Part shown: piece after piece, positions 1 to 9,373 of the stretch
How the letters are laid out: the number at the start of each line of letters is the position of its first letter
Position numbering within the stretch: the stretch's first letter is position 1
Assembly (NCBI GenBank): GCA_965223705.1
Contig: OZ245015.1
Location: 2,112,001 to 2,176,000 of the forward strand
Direction of reading: 5' to 3'
DNA: 64,000 nucleotides
Origin: Myxococcota bacterium
Lineage (GTDB): Bacteria; Myxococcota_A; UBA9160; UBA6930
Made by a program: the position numbers and the translations under genes
Notes under the pieces: generated by a model
The model's input: the letters and a program-made list of their open reading frames with translations, nothing else
What the model was told of the DNA's origin: nothing
Databases searched by the model: none

Positions 1-660
1 GATCTTCGGGGTCTCCTCGATCCGGCGCATCGCGCTCGCAATCGCGCCGTCGCTCTCGCACTCGCGCGTTCTGCGGCGCGACTCCACGGTGCCGATTGGA
101 GAGCGCGCGGGTTCGATGCCCTGCGAGTCCCCGAGCCCGAGCGCGTCGCGCTGCGTCAACTCGACTTCTGGGAGGAGCTCTTTGAGAAGCATCGTATGGA
201 GCCGCTTCCCGCGGTGGTGGACGCGTTCCACTGGCTGCGGGCCCACGCCCCGGTTGCGCGGCACGTGTGCATCGTCCACGGCGACCTCCGTTTCGGCAAC
301 GTGCTGTACGAGGACGACTCTCTGACGGCACTTCTCGATTGGGAGATGGTTCACCTGGGCGACCCCTGTGAGGACCTCGCATGGGCCTACCACCCGCTCT
401 GGTCGCCGGAACCTCAGCTCGATTTCGATTCGTTCGTCGCGGCGTATCGAGGTTCGTGCGACATCGAAGTCCCCGACGACAGCCTGCTTTTCTATCGGCT
501 GTTCGGCGAGATCAAGCACGCCGTCATCTCGCTTACCGGAGCCCGCGCGTTCAACCGACGCGAAACGGACAACCTTCGCCTCGCGGACCGAATGACCTGG
601 CTCCCCGAGTGCTTGGAGCAGTTCTACGCGTGGCTTCCGGACCTGGAGCAGGGGTCATGA
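1..660 (+). CDS. Phosphotransferase (APH/ACAD10-like kinase family), 5' truncated by window edge
   Basis: Frame is open from base 1. Motifs HGDLRFGNVL and LLDWEMVHLGDPCEDLAW. Confidence 0.85.
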   Translation, partial: DLRGLLDPAHRARNRAVALALARSAARLHGADWRARGFDALRVPEPERVALRQLDFWEELFEKHRMEPLPAVVDAFHWLRAHAPVARHVCIVHGDLRFGNVLYEDDSLTALLDWEMVHLGDPCEDLAWAYHPLWSPEPQLDFDSFVAAYRGSCDIEVPDDSLLFYRLFGEIKHAVISLTGARAFNRRETDNLRLADRMTWLPECLEQFYAWLPDLEQGS

Positions 661-1103
661 TCCGGCCGTCGCCGACGGACCTTCTCACGGGCATCGCCTC
701 GGTCCTTCGCGAGTCGGTCTCAGCGGAGCTTCCGGCGGGCGATACGCGCAATCAAGTGAGGGCCGCGGCTGTCATCTTGAGGAGACTCGCCGCGGTGTGG
801 GATCGCGTGGTGCCGACGCTCCGAGCGGAAAATCGGGACATCGAAGAGACGCTCGCCGAACTCGCCGGATCGTTGGCGGACGCGGGTTGCGGACCCTCGG
901 CGGACTCGCCGAAAGAAACGGCGTCAGAGCCGCGTTTCGAGGAGATCGCCGAACGGAATCGGGTGCTGCAAGAACGCTTGGCCGATATCCACGACGCGTT
1001 GACTGAGCTCGACGATTGCGAACTCAAAGCGCGTATCGAGGCGCGCTTGCGCGCCCTCCATCGAAGAAACCTGGCGCGCGACCGTGAGCTGACAGGCCGC
1101 TAG
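657..1103 (+). CDS. Hypothetical helical protein, of the type often paired with APH-family phosphotransferases
   Basis: ATGA overlap with the upstream stop. Begins MIRPSPTDLLTGIASVLRE. Confidence 0.65.
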   Translation: MIRPSPTDLLTGIASVLRESVSAELPAGDTRNQVRAAAVILRRLAAVWDRVVPTLRAENRDIEETLAELAGSLADAGCGPSADSPKETASEPRFEEIAERNRVLQERLADIHDALTELDDCELKARIEARLRALHRRNLARDRELTGR

Positions 1104-1963
1104 CGCTCTGCTGTTGCGCGTGCTCGAACCCATAGTTCGGGACTCTCGTGCATCCGGAGGAACAGCTCCCGGAAGGGGTGCGTGTTCGGCATGCGCACGG
1201 CGTCGAAACGGGCCGCGTCGGGCGAGCTGCGGACGTGGGTGAGGGAAATGTTCTCCGTGGTACCCGTGAACGTGTCGATCTGGAGGTCGCGGATGGCGCC
1301 GCCCGTGTCGCCAGCGAAGAACCAACCGTCGTGGGTGTAGTCGGCTCCGTCGAACTCGAACGGTTGTCCGACGGCTTCGGCGATGAAGACCAGGCTGCCG
1401 TAGGGAATCGTCTGCTGGTCTCGGTCTACGGCGATCGTGCGGAAGGGCACGAGCACCCAGTTCCGCACGCCATCGCCGAACGGCCCGCGAGCGAAACCGA
1501 AACGCGCGCGCCCCTGGGATCGCCAGCGGTCGCCGAGCCACCGTTCGCAGGGCACGGCGACTTCCTTTTGATCCGCGTAGTTGAGCGTGACGGTGGTGCC
1601 GTCGGATCGCTCGACTCGGCCGCTCCCCTCGAGCGCGGTGTAGCACCAATCGCGCCCGGTGAGATAAAGCGGGGCGTTCCTCGGGAAAGGTCGGTTTTCG
1701 GGATCGAGGACGACGTACCCGTCTTTTCTTCGAGCTTCTCGGGCCTGCCACAAGTGATAGTGCGTCGACCACAGATCGTGGATCGGCTCGCCGGACTCGT
1801 TCGACGGGCCGGGCAACTCGAAGGCGAGCGCTCGCCGGAGGAGCTCTGCAAGCGGGACCTCGTTTCCCAAGCGACGATGCAGGGGCTCGTCCGGGCGAGG
1901 GCTACATGCTGCCAGCATCGAGATGACACACGTGGCGTAAAGGAGTCTGCTCGGCGAACTCAC
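1100..1963 (-). CDS. 3D-domain (MltA-like) lipoprotein
   Basis: Lipobox LAAC. 3D motifs TIAVD..IPYGS and DTGGAI..IDTFTG. Confidence 0.8.
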   Translation of the reverse strand: MSSPSRLLYATCVISMLAACSPRPDEPLHRRLGNEVPLAELLRRALAFELPGPSNESGEPIHDLWSTHYHLWQAREARRKDGYVVLDPENRPFPRNAPLYLTGRDWCYTALEGSGRVERSDGTTVTLNYADQKEVAVPCERWLGDRWRSQGRARFGFARGPFGDGVRNWVLVPFRTIAVDRDQQTIPYGSLVFIAEAVGQPFEFDGADYTHDGWFFAGDTGGAIRDLQIDTFTGTTENISLTHVRSSPDAARFDAVRMPNTHPFRELFLRMHESPELWVRARATAER

Positions 1964-2045
1964 ACCAACTCCGGGTAGCGGTCGGCGAAGAGTCTAGGTC
2001 GTCGTCCTGCAGAGCGACCGGGACCCCGGTTGCTATGCTCGCCGG

Positions 2046-2276
2046 GTGAAACTCCGAGTCATCGATGGGAAACCGACTCTCGCCACACGCCTCCGAAAGG
2101 AAGTGCGGAGGCACTGGATCGGGTATCTGGTCCTCGTGGTTTTCGCTGTTGCGGGGGCGTTTCTGACTCCGCTCTTCCTGCCCGGCGCTTCGCCCTTCGC
2201 CGGTGCCTTTGGCGGCTTCGCCCTCGGCGTCTATGCGGCGATGTGCGCCGTGCCGGATCGTTTCCTCGACGATTGA
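2046..2276 (+). CDS. Small two-TM membrane protein
   Basis: 76 aa with two hydrophobic segments. TGcTATGCT lies 6 nt before the GTG. Confidence 0.6.
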   Translation: MKLRVIDGKPTLATRLRKEVRRHWIGYLVLVVFAVAGAFLTPLFLPGASPFAGAFGGFALGVYAAMCAVPDRFLDD

Positions 2277-2363
2277 TCGCCTGCTCGGCAGGTGCCGAGC
2301 GGCTGGCTCCCTCCACAGCTTTGCCTAGCTTCTTTTGCATCGTTCTTTTGGGGGGAATGAGTC

Positions 2364-2834
2364 ATGAAGCCTTCACGCCAACTACGACGGATTCTCGGTG
2401 TCGTGTGCGCAAGCGTCATGGCCTGCGTCTCGGGATCCGCGGCGGCTGAGTACGTGGTGCAGATCGGCGCTCTGTCCCGGGCGAACCCGGGCTTCGCCGC
2501 CCCGGCCATGTCGGTCGGCACCGTGATGACGAGTGAGACGGAAACGGGACTGACCCGCTATCGCGTCGGCCCTTTCGCGAGCCGGTCCGAAGCGCGTGCG
2601 GCGAAGGCGAAACTACAAGCCGCCGGATACGCCGACGCATATGTCAGCCGGATCCAAACCCTCCCGGACGTGGCGTCGGCACCTCCTTCGCCGTCGAAGG
2701 GCGCATCGCCGCCGGGAAGCGTCGACATCTCGACGCTTCCGGAAGAGGTCCGCGCGAAGCTCGTGTACTTGGACGGCGAGCTCCACATCAAAGAGGGCAA
2801 GAAATTCGTGCCCCTCTCGAAGTACACAGACTAG
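2364..2834 (+). CDS. Secreted SPOR-domain protein
   Basis: Signal peptide. YVVQIGAL ... YRVGPFASRSEA..AKAKLQAAGYADAYV. Confidence 0.8.
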   Translation: MKPSRQLRRILGVVCASVMACVSGSAAAEYVVQIGALSRANPGFAAPAMSVGTVMTSETETGLTRYRVGPFASRSEARAAKAKLQAAGYADAYVSRIQTLPDVASAPPSPSKGASPPGSVDISTLPEEVRAKLVYLDGELHIKEGKKFVPLSKYTD

Positions 2835-2895
2835 GAACGCGACCTCCGAGCGCTCGTCCGGGGCGCGCTACCATGCGCGCACAGGAGGGTCCTCG

Positions 2896-4992
2896 GTGGG
2901 CTATCGGATCTCGGTCGATACAGGCGGAACCTTTACCGACGTTGTCGTCACCGACAGCGGCGGCGGTTTCACGGTCGGGAAAGCGCTCACCGACCGTACG
3001 CGTGCTTTTGAGAGTATCCGGTCGGGCTTGCTGACGGCCTCGGAAGAGATCGGCGTGTCGGCCGACGCGTTGCTCGAAGAGGCCGACCTCTTCATCTACG
3101 GGACGACCCGCGCGACGAACGCGATCGTCGAGCGCAAGATTGCAAAGACCGCGTTCCTGACGACCGAAGGGTTTCCCGACATCTTGGTGCTGAAAGAAGG
3201 CGGGAAGTTCGAACCGCATCGGCTCGATATGGAATATCCCGATCCCTACATCGCGCGTAGCCTGACGTTCGAGGTTCCGGAGCGCATGGACGCCGAAGGG
3301 GTTGTGGTGAGCGCCCTCGACGAAGCCGCGCTCCGCGAGCAGCTCGCGCGCGTGCGCGCAAAAGGGGTGGAGGCGCTGGCCGTGTGTCTGCTCTGGTCCA
3401 TCGCAAACCCGACCCACGAACTGCGGGTGGGAGAGATCATCGAGGAAGAGCTCCCCGGGGTCCCGTTCACGCTTTCGCATCAGTTGAACCCGATGATGCG
3501 CGAATACCGCCGGGCATCCGCTGCGGCGATCGACGCGTCGCTCAAGCCGCTGATGCAGCGCTATCTGACCGATCTCGAGGTCGACCTACGCGAAGCCGGA
3601 TACCGGAATGACGTGCTGGTTTCGACTTCCTTCGGCGGGGTCATGCACCTGGCCGACGTGGTCGAGCGCCCGATCTATCTGGTGAAGTCGGGCCCCGCGA
3701 TGGCGCCCGTCGCCGGTCGCGCGTATGGCGAAGCCGAAGGGCTGCCCGAAGACCTCATCGTTTGCGACGCCGGCGGCACCACGTTCGATATCAGTTTGAT
3801 CCGGGGCGGAGAAGTCGAGTTCACGCGCGAAACCTGGCTCGGTCCGCGCTGGACGGGCGACAACCTGGGCATGGCCTCCGTCGCCGTTCACAGCATCGGC
3901 GCCGGCGGCGGATCGATCGCGTGGGTCGATTCGGGCGGTTTGTTGCGGGTCGGGCCGCAATCGGCCGGAGCCGACCCGGGGCCGGCGTGCTACGGGGCAG
4001 GGGGCGAAGAGCCGACGGTCACCGACGCGGCTGTGGTGCTCGGCTACATCAACCCCGAGCACTTCCTCGGCGGTCGCATGCCGCTCGATCGCGACGCCGC
4101 GGAGCGCGCCATTGGGCGGATCGCCGAACGGCTCGATCTCACGGTGCAGCGGGCCGCGTTCGCGGTCGTCGCGGTAGCGAACGAGAACATGATTCAGGCG
4201 ATCGGAGAGATCACGATCAACGAAGGCGTCGATCCTCGGGACGCGGCCCTCGTGGTGGGGGGCGGTGCGGGAGGGCTCAATATCGTTCCCATCGCTCGGG
4301 AGCTCGGTTGCGAGACCATTCTGATGCCGCGCACAGCAGGCGCGCTGTCCGCCTCGGGCATGCAGTTCTCGGACATCGTCACCGAGGCGGGTGCCAGTCG
4401 CTTGACCGCGTCGGACGATTTCGACTTCAAAGGCGTGAACGAAGCCCTCGGCGGCATCGGCGAACGACTCGAAATATTCGCCGAGCGACTTCGCGCGCGG
4501 GGCATCGAAAAAACGGAAGTGCAGTATTTCGTCGAGGCGCGCTACCGCTTCCAGGTCTGGGAGCTCGAGATCGGCGTGCACGCGGGCGAGCTCACCGGTG
4601 ATGCCGACGTCGAGCGACTCGTCCGCGCGTTTCACGACATGCACGAGCGCGTGTTCGCGGTTCGCGACCCGGAGCAAGCCGTGGAGTTCCTCAACTGGCG
4701 GGGTCGACTGCGAGGCATCGTACAGGCGGCGTCCCTCGAGCCGGGGGACGCCTCGGGCGGGGGGGCCGCAGACGTCGTCCCGACCGCTTTCCGCGACGCG
4801 TTTTTCGGAGACGAACTCGGTCTCTGCAAGACGGCGATCTACCGCGGCGCGGAACTTCCGGCGGGAGCGCAATTCACGGGTCCTGCGATCGTCGAGGAAC
4901 CGACATCGACCCTGGTGGTCGATTCGCTGACCCAGGTGATGGTGAGCCCGGGCGGCCGCTACGTGCTGCGCCCGAGGGAGGAGGCCAAGTGA
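2896..4992 (+). CDS. Hydantoinase/oxoprolinase family subunit A (ATP-binding)
   Basis: AGGAGG SD before GTG 2896. Motifs VDTGGTFTD, SGPAMAP, DAGGTTFD, GPQSAGADPGPACY. Confidence 0.92.
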   Translation: MGYRISVDTGGTFTDVVVTDSGGGFTVGKALTDRTRAFESIRSGLLTASEEIGVSADALLEEADLFIYGTTRATNAIVERKIAKTAFLTTEGFPDILVLKEGGKFEPHRLDMEYPDPYIARSLTFEVPERMDAEGVVVSALDEAALREQLARVRAKGVEALAVCLLWSIANPTHELRVGEIIEEELPGVPFTLSHQLNPMMREYRRASAAAIDASLKPLMQRYLTDLEVDLREAGYRNDVLVSTSFGGVMHLADVVERPIYLVKSGPAMAPVAGRAYGEAEGLPEDLIVCDAGGTTFDISLIRGGEVEFTRETWLGPRWTGDNLGMASVAVHSIGAGGGSIAWVDSGGLLRVGPQSAGADPGPACYGAGGEEPTVTDAAVVLGYINPEHFLGGRMPLDRDAAERAIGRIAERLDLTVQRAAFAVVAVANENMIQAIGEITINEGVDPRDAALVVGGGAGGLNIVPIARELGCETILMPRTAGALSASGMQFSDIVTEAGASRLTASDDFDFKGVNEALGGIGERLEIFAERLRARGIEKTEVQYFVEARYRFQVWELEIGVHAGELTGDADVERLVRAFHDMHERVFAVRDPEQAVEFLNWRGRLRGIVQAASLEPGDASGGGAADVVPTAFRDAFFGDELGLCKTAIYRGAELPAGAQFTGPAIVEEPTSTLVVDSLTQVMVSPGGRYVLRPREEAK

Positions 4993-6746
4993 GCGATCAA
5001 GCGTCTCGGGATCCGGGGATGGACCCCGTCCTCATGGCAGTCCTCGCGAATCGTTTCGACGCGATCGTGCGTGAGATGACGAACACGTTGCTTCGGACAG
5101 CCCGTTCCGCCGTCTTGGCCGTGGTTCGCGATTTTTCGTGCTCGATCGTGACCGCGGACAACCGATTGCTGAGCCCCGGCGAAGGCGTGCCGGTTCATAT
5201 CTTCGGTTCTGCGCTCCAGAGCCAGGCGATGTGCGACCTGCACGACGATCTGGGGCCGGGCGACGCCTTCCTCCACAACGATCCCTATCTGGGAAACACC
5301 CATCCCGCCGACCACATGATTCTCGCGCCGGTGTTCTTCGAAGGCGAACACCTCTTTACGACGTGCGCCAAGGCTCATCAGGCCGATTGCGGGAACAGCA
5401 TCCCGAGCACCTACCACGCATACGCGCGCGACGTTTACGAGGAAGGTTCGCTGATCTTCCCGTGTGTTCGCGTGCAGCGCGACTACCGAGACGTCGAGGA
5501 CATCATTCGGATGTGTCGACGTCGGATTCGCGTCCCGGATCAGTGGTACGGCGACTATCTCGCAGAGATTGGTGCCGCGCGCATCGGCGAACGCCGCTTG
5601 GTCGAGCTCGCCGAGCGCTACGGCGCGGAGACGCTGCACACGTTTATCGAGACCTGGTTCGAGTATTCCGAACGACGCACCGAAGAGGCGATCAAGAAGC
5701 TCCCCAGCGGACGCTTGTCGAACGTCGGCCACTACGATCCGCTTCCGCCGGTCTTGCCCGAGGGCCTCGAGCTGCGGGTCGATGTGGAGGTCGATGCCGA
5801 AGAGGGTCGGATCGAAGTGGATCTCACGCACAACGAGGACTGCTTCGATTTCGGCCTGAACGAATCGGTTGCCTGTGCGACCAGCAACGCGATGTGCGGC
5901 GTGTTCAACTGTCTCGACCCCGACATTCCCCACAACGATGGGAGCTTCCGGCGAATCCGCGTCAAGCTGCGCGAGAACTGCGTCGCCGGAGAGCCGCGCT
6001 TCCCCCATAGTTGCTCGATGGCGACGACCAACATCGGCGACCGCATCGTGAACATCACGCAGTCTGCATTTGCCCAGATCGCATACGGTCACGGTCTCGC
6101 CGAAGGAGCAATCGGCATGGGCGCGGGGGCGGCCGTGATCTCCGGCAACGACCATCGCCGAGACGGAGCGCCCTACATCAATCAGGAATGGATGTTGGTA
6201 AACGGCGGGCCGGCTTCCTCACACACCGACGGCTGGGTCAACTACGGGCTTCCGGTCGCCGCCGGATTGATGTACCGCGGCAGCATCGAAGTGGACGAGT
6301 CGAAATTCCCGATGCTGTTTCGATCCCTGCGGATCGTCGAGGGCGGGGGCGGAGCGGGAACGTTCCGAGGCTCGCCCGGAGCGGAAGTCATCTACGGGCC
6401 GCGCCGAGATCCGATGACGGTAGTGGTCTCGTGCGACGGCCAGCACAACCCGCCTCAGGGCGTGCACGGAGGCCACGCTGGGCCACCTGCCGCCACCTAT
6501 AAAATCGACACGTCGGGCAACGAAGAAAAGCTCCCCGGAGTGACCGAGGCCGTGCTGCAGCCGGGCGAGTGGATTCGCGGGGTCGATGCCGGAGGGGGCG
6601 GCTACGGGGATCCCCAGAAGCGCGAACCTGAACGCGTGCTCCGTGACGTTCGAGAGCGGTGGGAGACGCTCGATCGCGCGAAGGAAGTCTACGGCGTGAA
6701 CATTGTCGAGAGTCCGGACGACACTTTCGAGTTGGCCCCGGAATAG
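4989..6746 (+). CDS. Hydantoinase B/oxoprolinase family subunit
   Basis: GTGA overlap. Motifs NDPYLGNTHPAD, HQADCG, GGGGYGDP. Confidence 0.92.
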   Translation: MSDQASRDPGMDPVLMAVLANRFDAIVREMTNTLLRTARSAVLAVVRDFSCSIVTADNRLLSPGEGVPVHIFGSALQSQAMCDLHDDLGPGDAFLHNDPYLGNTHPADHMILAPVFFEGEHLFTTCAKAHQADCGNSIPSTYHAYARDVYEEGSLIFPCVRVQRDYRDVEDIIRMCRRRIRVPDQWYGDYLAEIGAARIGERRLVELAERYGAETLHTFIETWFEYSERRTEEAIKKLPSGRLSNVGHYDPLPPVLPEGLELRVDVEVDAEEGRIEVDLTHNEDCFDFGLNESVACATSNAMCGVFNCLDPDIPHNDGSFRRIRVKLRENCVAGEPRFPHSCSMATTNIGDRIVNITQSAFAQIAYGHGLAEGAIGMGAGAAVISGNDHRRDGAPYINQEWMLVNGGPASSHTDGWVNYGLPVAAGLMYRGSIEVDESKFPMLFRSLRIVEGGGGAGTFRGSPGAEVIYGPRRDPMTVVVSCDGQHNPPQGVHGGHAGPPAATYKIDTSGNEEKLPGVTEAVLQPGEWIRGVDAGGGGYGDPQKREPERVLRDVRERWETLDRAKEVYGVNIVESPDDTFELAPE

Positions 6747-6755
6747 CGGCGAGCG

Positions 6756-7679
6756 GTGATCCGGGCGGCTCGATGGGCGAGTTGCTTCGTCGCCGGTCTC
6801 CTCGCGACAAGCGCTCGTCCTCTCGTCGCCGCCGAATCCTTCTGCCCGGGCGAACCGTCCGCGAAACCCACGGTCCTCTTTTGCGACGATTTCGACGACG
6901 ATCGCCCCCTCGCGGAGAAGTACTTCGAGTACGGCGACAGCGACGGGTCGTTCGCCCTGGCGCCGGGTCAAGGGTTCCGAGAGAGCACCGCGATGCGTGC
7001 CCGTTGGCGCGCCGGGCAGGTGGATGCCGGAAGTTTGAAGTACGGCTTCGGACGGAACCCCGTGCGCTCGCAGACCGCCAGCGATCACGACTTCCGCGAA
7101 GTGTTCTGGCGGATTTACGTCCGCACGGAACCGGGCTGGTCGGGGTTTCCCGGAAAGTTTACACGCGCGACGAGTCTCGTTTCGGAGAACTGGGCACAGA
7201 GCATGATCGCCCACGCCTGGGCGCACTCTGAAGATGTCTTGGTGATCGATCCCGCGAGCGGTACCGACGAGTACGGCGCGCTGCGCAGCACCGTCTACAA
7301 CGACTTTCCCAATTTGCGCTGGCTCGGGAGCCGCAAAGGGCGGACGGCAATCTACGCGACGGAAAATGCCGATCGGTGGTTCTGCGTCGAGGCACGCGTC
7401 AAGCTCAACAACCCGGGCCGCTCCGATGGCGTGTTCGCGCTGTGGGTCAACGGTCGACTTGAAGCCGAGCGCACGGATCTCAATTGGGTCGGTGCCTACG
7501 ACCGTTTCGGGATCAACGCGGTCTTCATCGAGAACTACTGGAATGACGGCGCGCCGGGCCCTCGCGAGCGGTTCGTCGACAACTTTGTCGTGGCGACGTC
7601 CTACATCGGTTGCGCCGCCGGTGAGGAAGCGGGCGCGTCGCTCGGGCCGCCGGGCCGGCCCACTGTGGTCGGGCGGTAG
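6756..7679 (+). CDS. Secreted beta-sandwich protein, polysaccharide-lyase/concanavalin-like
   Basis: Signal peptide. LFCDDF near the N-terminus and RWFCVEARVKLN.PG.SDG.FALWVNG near the C-terminus. Confidence 0.6.
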   Translation: MIRAARWASCFVAGLLATSARPLVAAESFCPGEPSAKPTVLFCDDFDDDRPLAEKYFEYGDSDGSFALAPGQGFRESTAMRARWRAGQVDAGSLKYGFGRNPVRSQTASDHDFREVFWRIYVRTEPGWSGFPGKFTRATSLVSENWAQSMIAHAWAHSEDVLVIDPASGTDEYGALRSTVYNDFPNLRWLGSRKGRTAIYATENADRWFCVEARVKLNNPGRSDGVFALWVNGRLEAERTDLNWVGAYDRFGINAVFIENYWNDGAPGPRERFVDNFVVATSYIGCAAGEEAGASLGPPGRPTVVGR

Positions 7680-7716
7680 TTCCAGAAACAAACAGCGTTC
7701 TGGTATGCTCTGGGGG

Positions 7717-8175
7717 ATGGCTCTCGACCGCCTCGACTATGCCCTGGCCCGAAGCCGTGACCTGATGCAGGCGCGGATCGGCGAGGGAGAAGCGTGGCAC
7801 CGGGCACTCTCTCGAAGCCCCACCTTGTCGACCATCGCCGCTGACCCGCGCGTCAGCGATGCATCGTTCGAACGCTGCATCGAGGCCCTCGGCGATTCGT
7901 GGATCGCTCGGAGCCGGTCGCGAGCTCACCGCGGTCGCTGGAACTTTGGCGGGAGAACACGTGCCGAGGCGGGCGTCACCGGGGATACCGCCGTTCGTCT
8001 CGATTTTTGCTTCAGCGGCATCCCCGCCTCGGAACGGGTGATCTGGATCTCGGGACTGCTCGAGGATCTTTTGTCGGTCTCCTCGTCTCAAACGGCGCTC
8101 CGCACGTCGGCGAGCATCGCGCGTCGTTCGAAAGGGCGCGGTCTGTTGCGGCCTTCCTCGTCGAACTGGTGGTGA
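7717..8175 (+). CDS. Hypothetical protein
   Basis: Fills the gap between genes. Extended -10 TGgTATGCT lies 7 nt upstream. No recognised motif. Confidence 0.4.
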   Translation: MALDRLDYALARSRDLMQARIGEGEAWHRALSRSPTLSTIAADPRVSDASFERCIEALGDSWIARSRSRAHRGRWNFGGRTRAEAGVTGDTAVRLDFCFSGIPASERVIWISGLLEDLLSVSSSQTALRTSASIARRSKGRGLLRPSSSNWW

Positions 8176-8182
8176 GGGCGGG

Positions 8183-9373
8183 TCAGATCTTCTCGGCCCA
8201 ATACGCGGCGATCCGCGCGGCCGCTTCCGTCAGTTCCTCTTCACTCGCTGCAAACGAGAATCGGATATGTTCTGCGCCGCACGCCCCAAAACCGCGCCCG
8301 GCGAGGGCGGCGACACCGGCGCGTTCCAGCAGCTCTTCTTGCACTTCGTCCGCTGTCCGGCCGGCGAGCGAAACCTTCGGAAAGGCGTAGAACGCTCCGA
8401 GTGGTTCGGGGCAGGAGATTCCGGCGAGGCCATCGAACGCGGCGCGCAACCGGGTCCGTCGGCCCCGGAGCTCGTTGCGCATCGCGACGACGCTGTCTTG
8501 AGGCCCCTCGAGCGCGGCGCGCCCGGCGGCTTGCACGGCGTTGTTCACGCACGAATGATTGTTGACTGCGAGGCGCAGCGCGATCTCTCGAAACTCGGCG
8601 GGCCAGATGCAGTAGCCGAGGCGCCAACCCGTCATGGCGTAGGCCTTCGACCAGCCGTCGATCAGCAAGAGACGCGATCGGATTTCGGGAAACGAAAGCA
8701 AGCTCGCCGGGGGCTCGTCCGTGAAGTAGAGCGGGCGGTAGATTTCATCCGACGCCAACGCGACGTGCGGGTGTCGCTCGAGCCCGGCGCACAGCGCGGC
8801 GATCTCATCTCGGCTATAGACGCCTCCAGTCGGGTTCCCCGGGCTGTTCAACAAGATGAGGCGGGTGCGTTCGGTGACACGTTCGAGGACCGCATCGGGA
8901 TCCAGCGCGAACCCCCGGTCGGCGCGCAGGGGGTAGGGGACCGGGCTCGCTCCGGAGAGCGCGATCGTCGACCCGTAGATGGGAAACCCCGGATCGGGAT
9001 ACAGGATTTCCACGCCCGGTTCTCCAAAAGCCAAGGCGGCGAATAGCAAGCCGACCTTGGCGCCGGGGACGATGAAGACATCCTCGGGATGGACATCGTG
9101 ACCCTGCTTTTCGTGATGCGCCGCAACGGCTTCGCGCAGGGTGAGATGCCCCGCAGCTTCGGAGTAACCGTGGGGACCGTTGCGTACGGCGCGCTCGGCC
9201 GCTTCGAGGATATGCGGTGCCACCGGAAACTTCGGCTCGCCGATGCCCAAGTTGACGATCTCGCGCCCGGCCGCCCGCAGTTCGTTCACACGGGCGAGAA
9301 CCGAGAACGCGGACTCCGTTCCGAGGTGCTGCGCGCGCGCGGAGGCGCGGATTTTCGGGGGGCTCGCCCTCAG
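8183..9373 (-). CDS. PLP-dependent class I aminotransferase (aspartate aminotransferase-like), probable CTG start
   Basis: Motifs NLGIGEP, NSPGNPTG, SDEIY, WSKAYAMTGWRLG. Conserved-looking sequence (LGTESAFSVLAR) lies upstream of GTG 9289. An in-frame TGA sits just above CTG 9373. Confidence 0.85.
   Translation of the reverse strand: MRASPPKIRASARAQHLGTESAFSVLARVNELRAAGREIVNLGIGEPKFPVAPHILEAAERAVRNGPHGYSEAAGHLTLREAVAAHHEKQGHDVHPEDVFIVPGAKVGLLFAALAFGEPGVEILYPDPGFPIYGSTIALSGASPVPYPLRADRGFALDPDAVLERVTERTRLILLNSPGNPTGGVYSRDEIAALCAGLERHPHVALASDEIYRPLYFTDEPPASLLSFPEIRSRLLLIDGWSKAYAMTGWRLGYCIWPAEFREIALRLAVNNHSCVNNAVQAAGRAALEGPQDSVVAMRNELRGRRTRLRAAFDGLAGISCPEPLGAFYAFPKVSLAGRTADEVQEELLERAGVAALAGRGFGACGAEHIRFSFAASEEELTEAAARIAAYWAEKI

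Noticed and set aside
7717..8175. Possible frameshifted remnant using alternative frames (7859-8041, 7899-8390)
   Set aside because: No recognisable family in any frame, so it is kept only as a low-confidence hypothetical gene.
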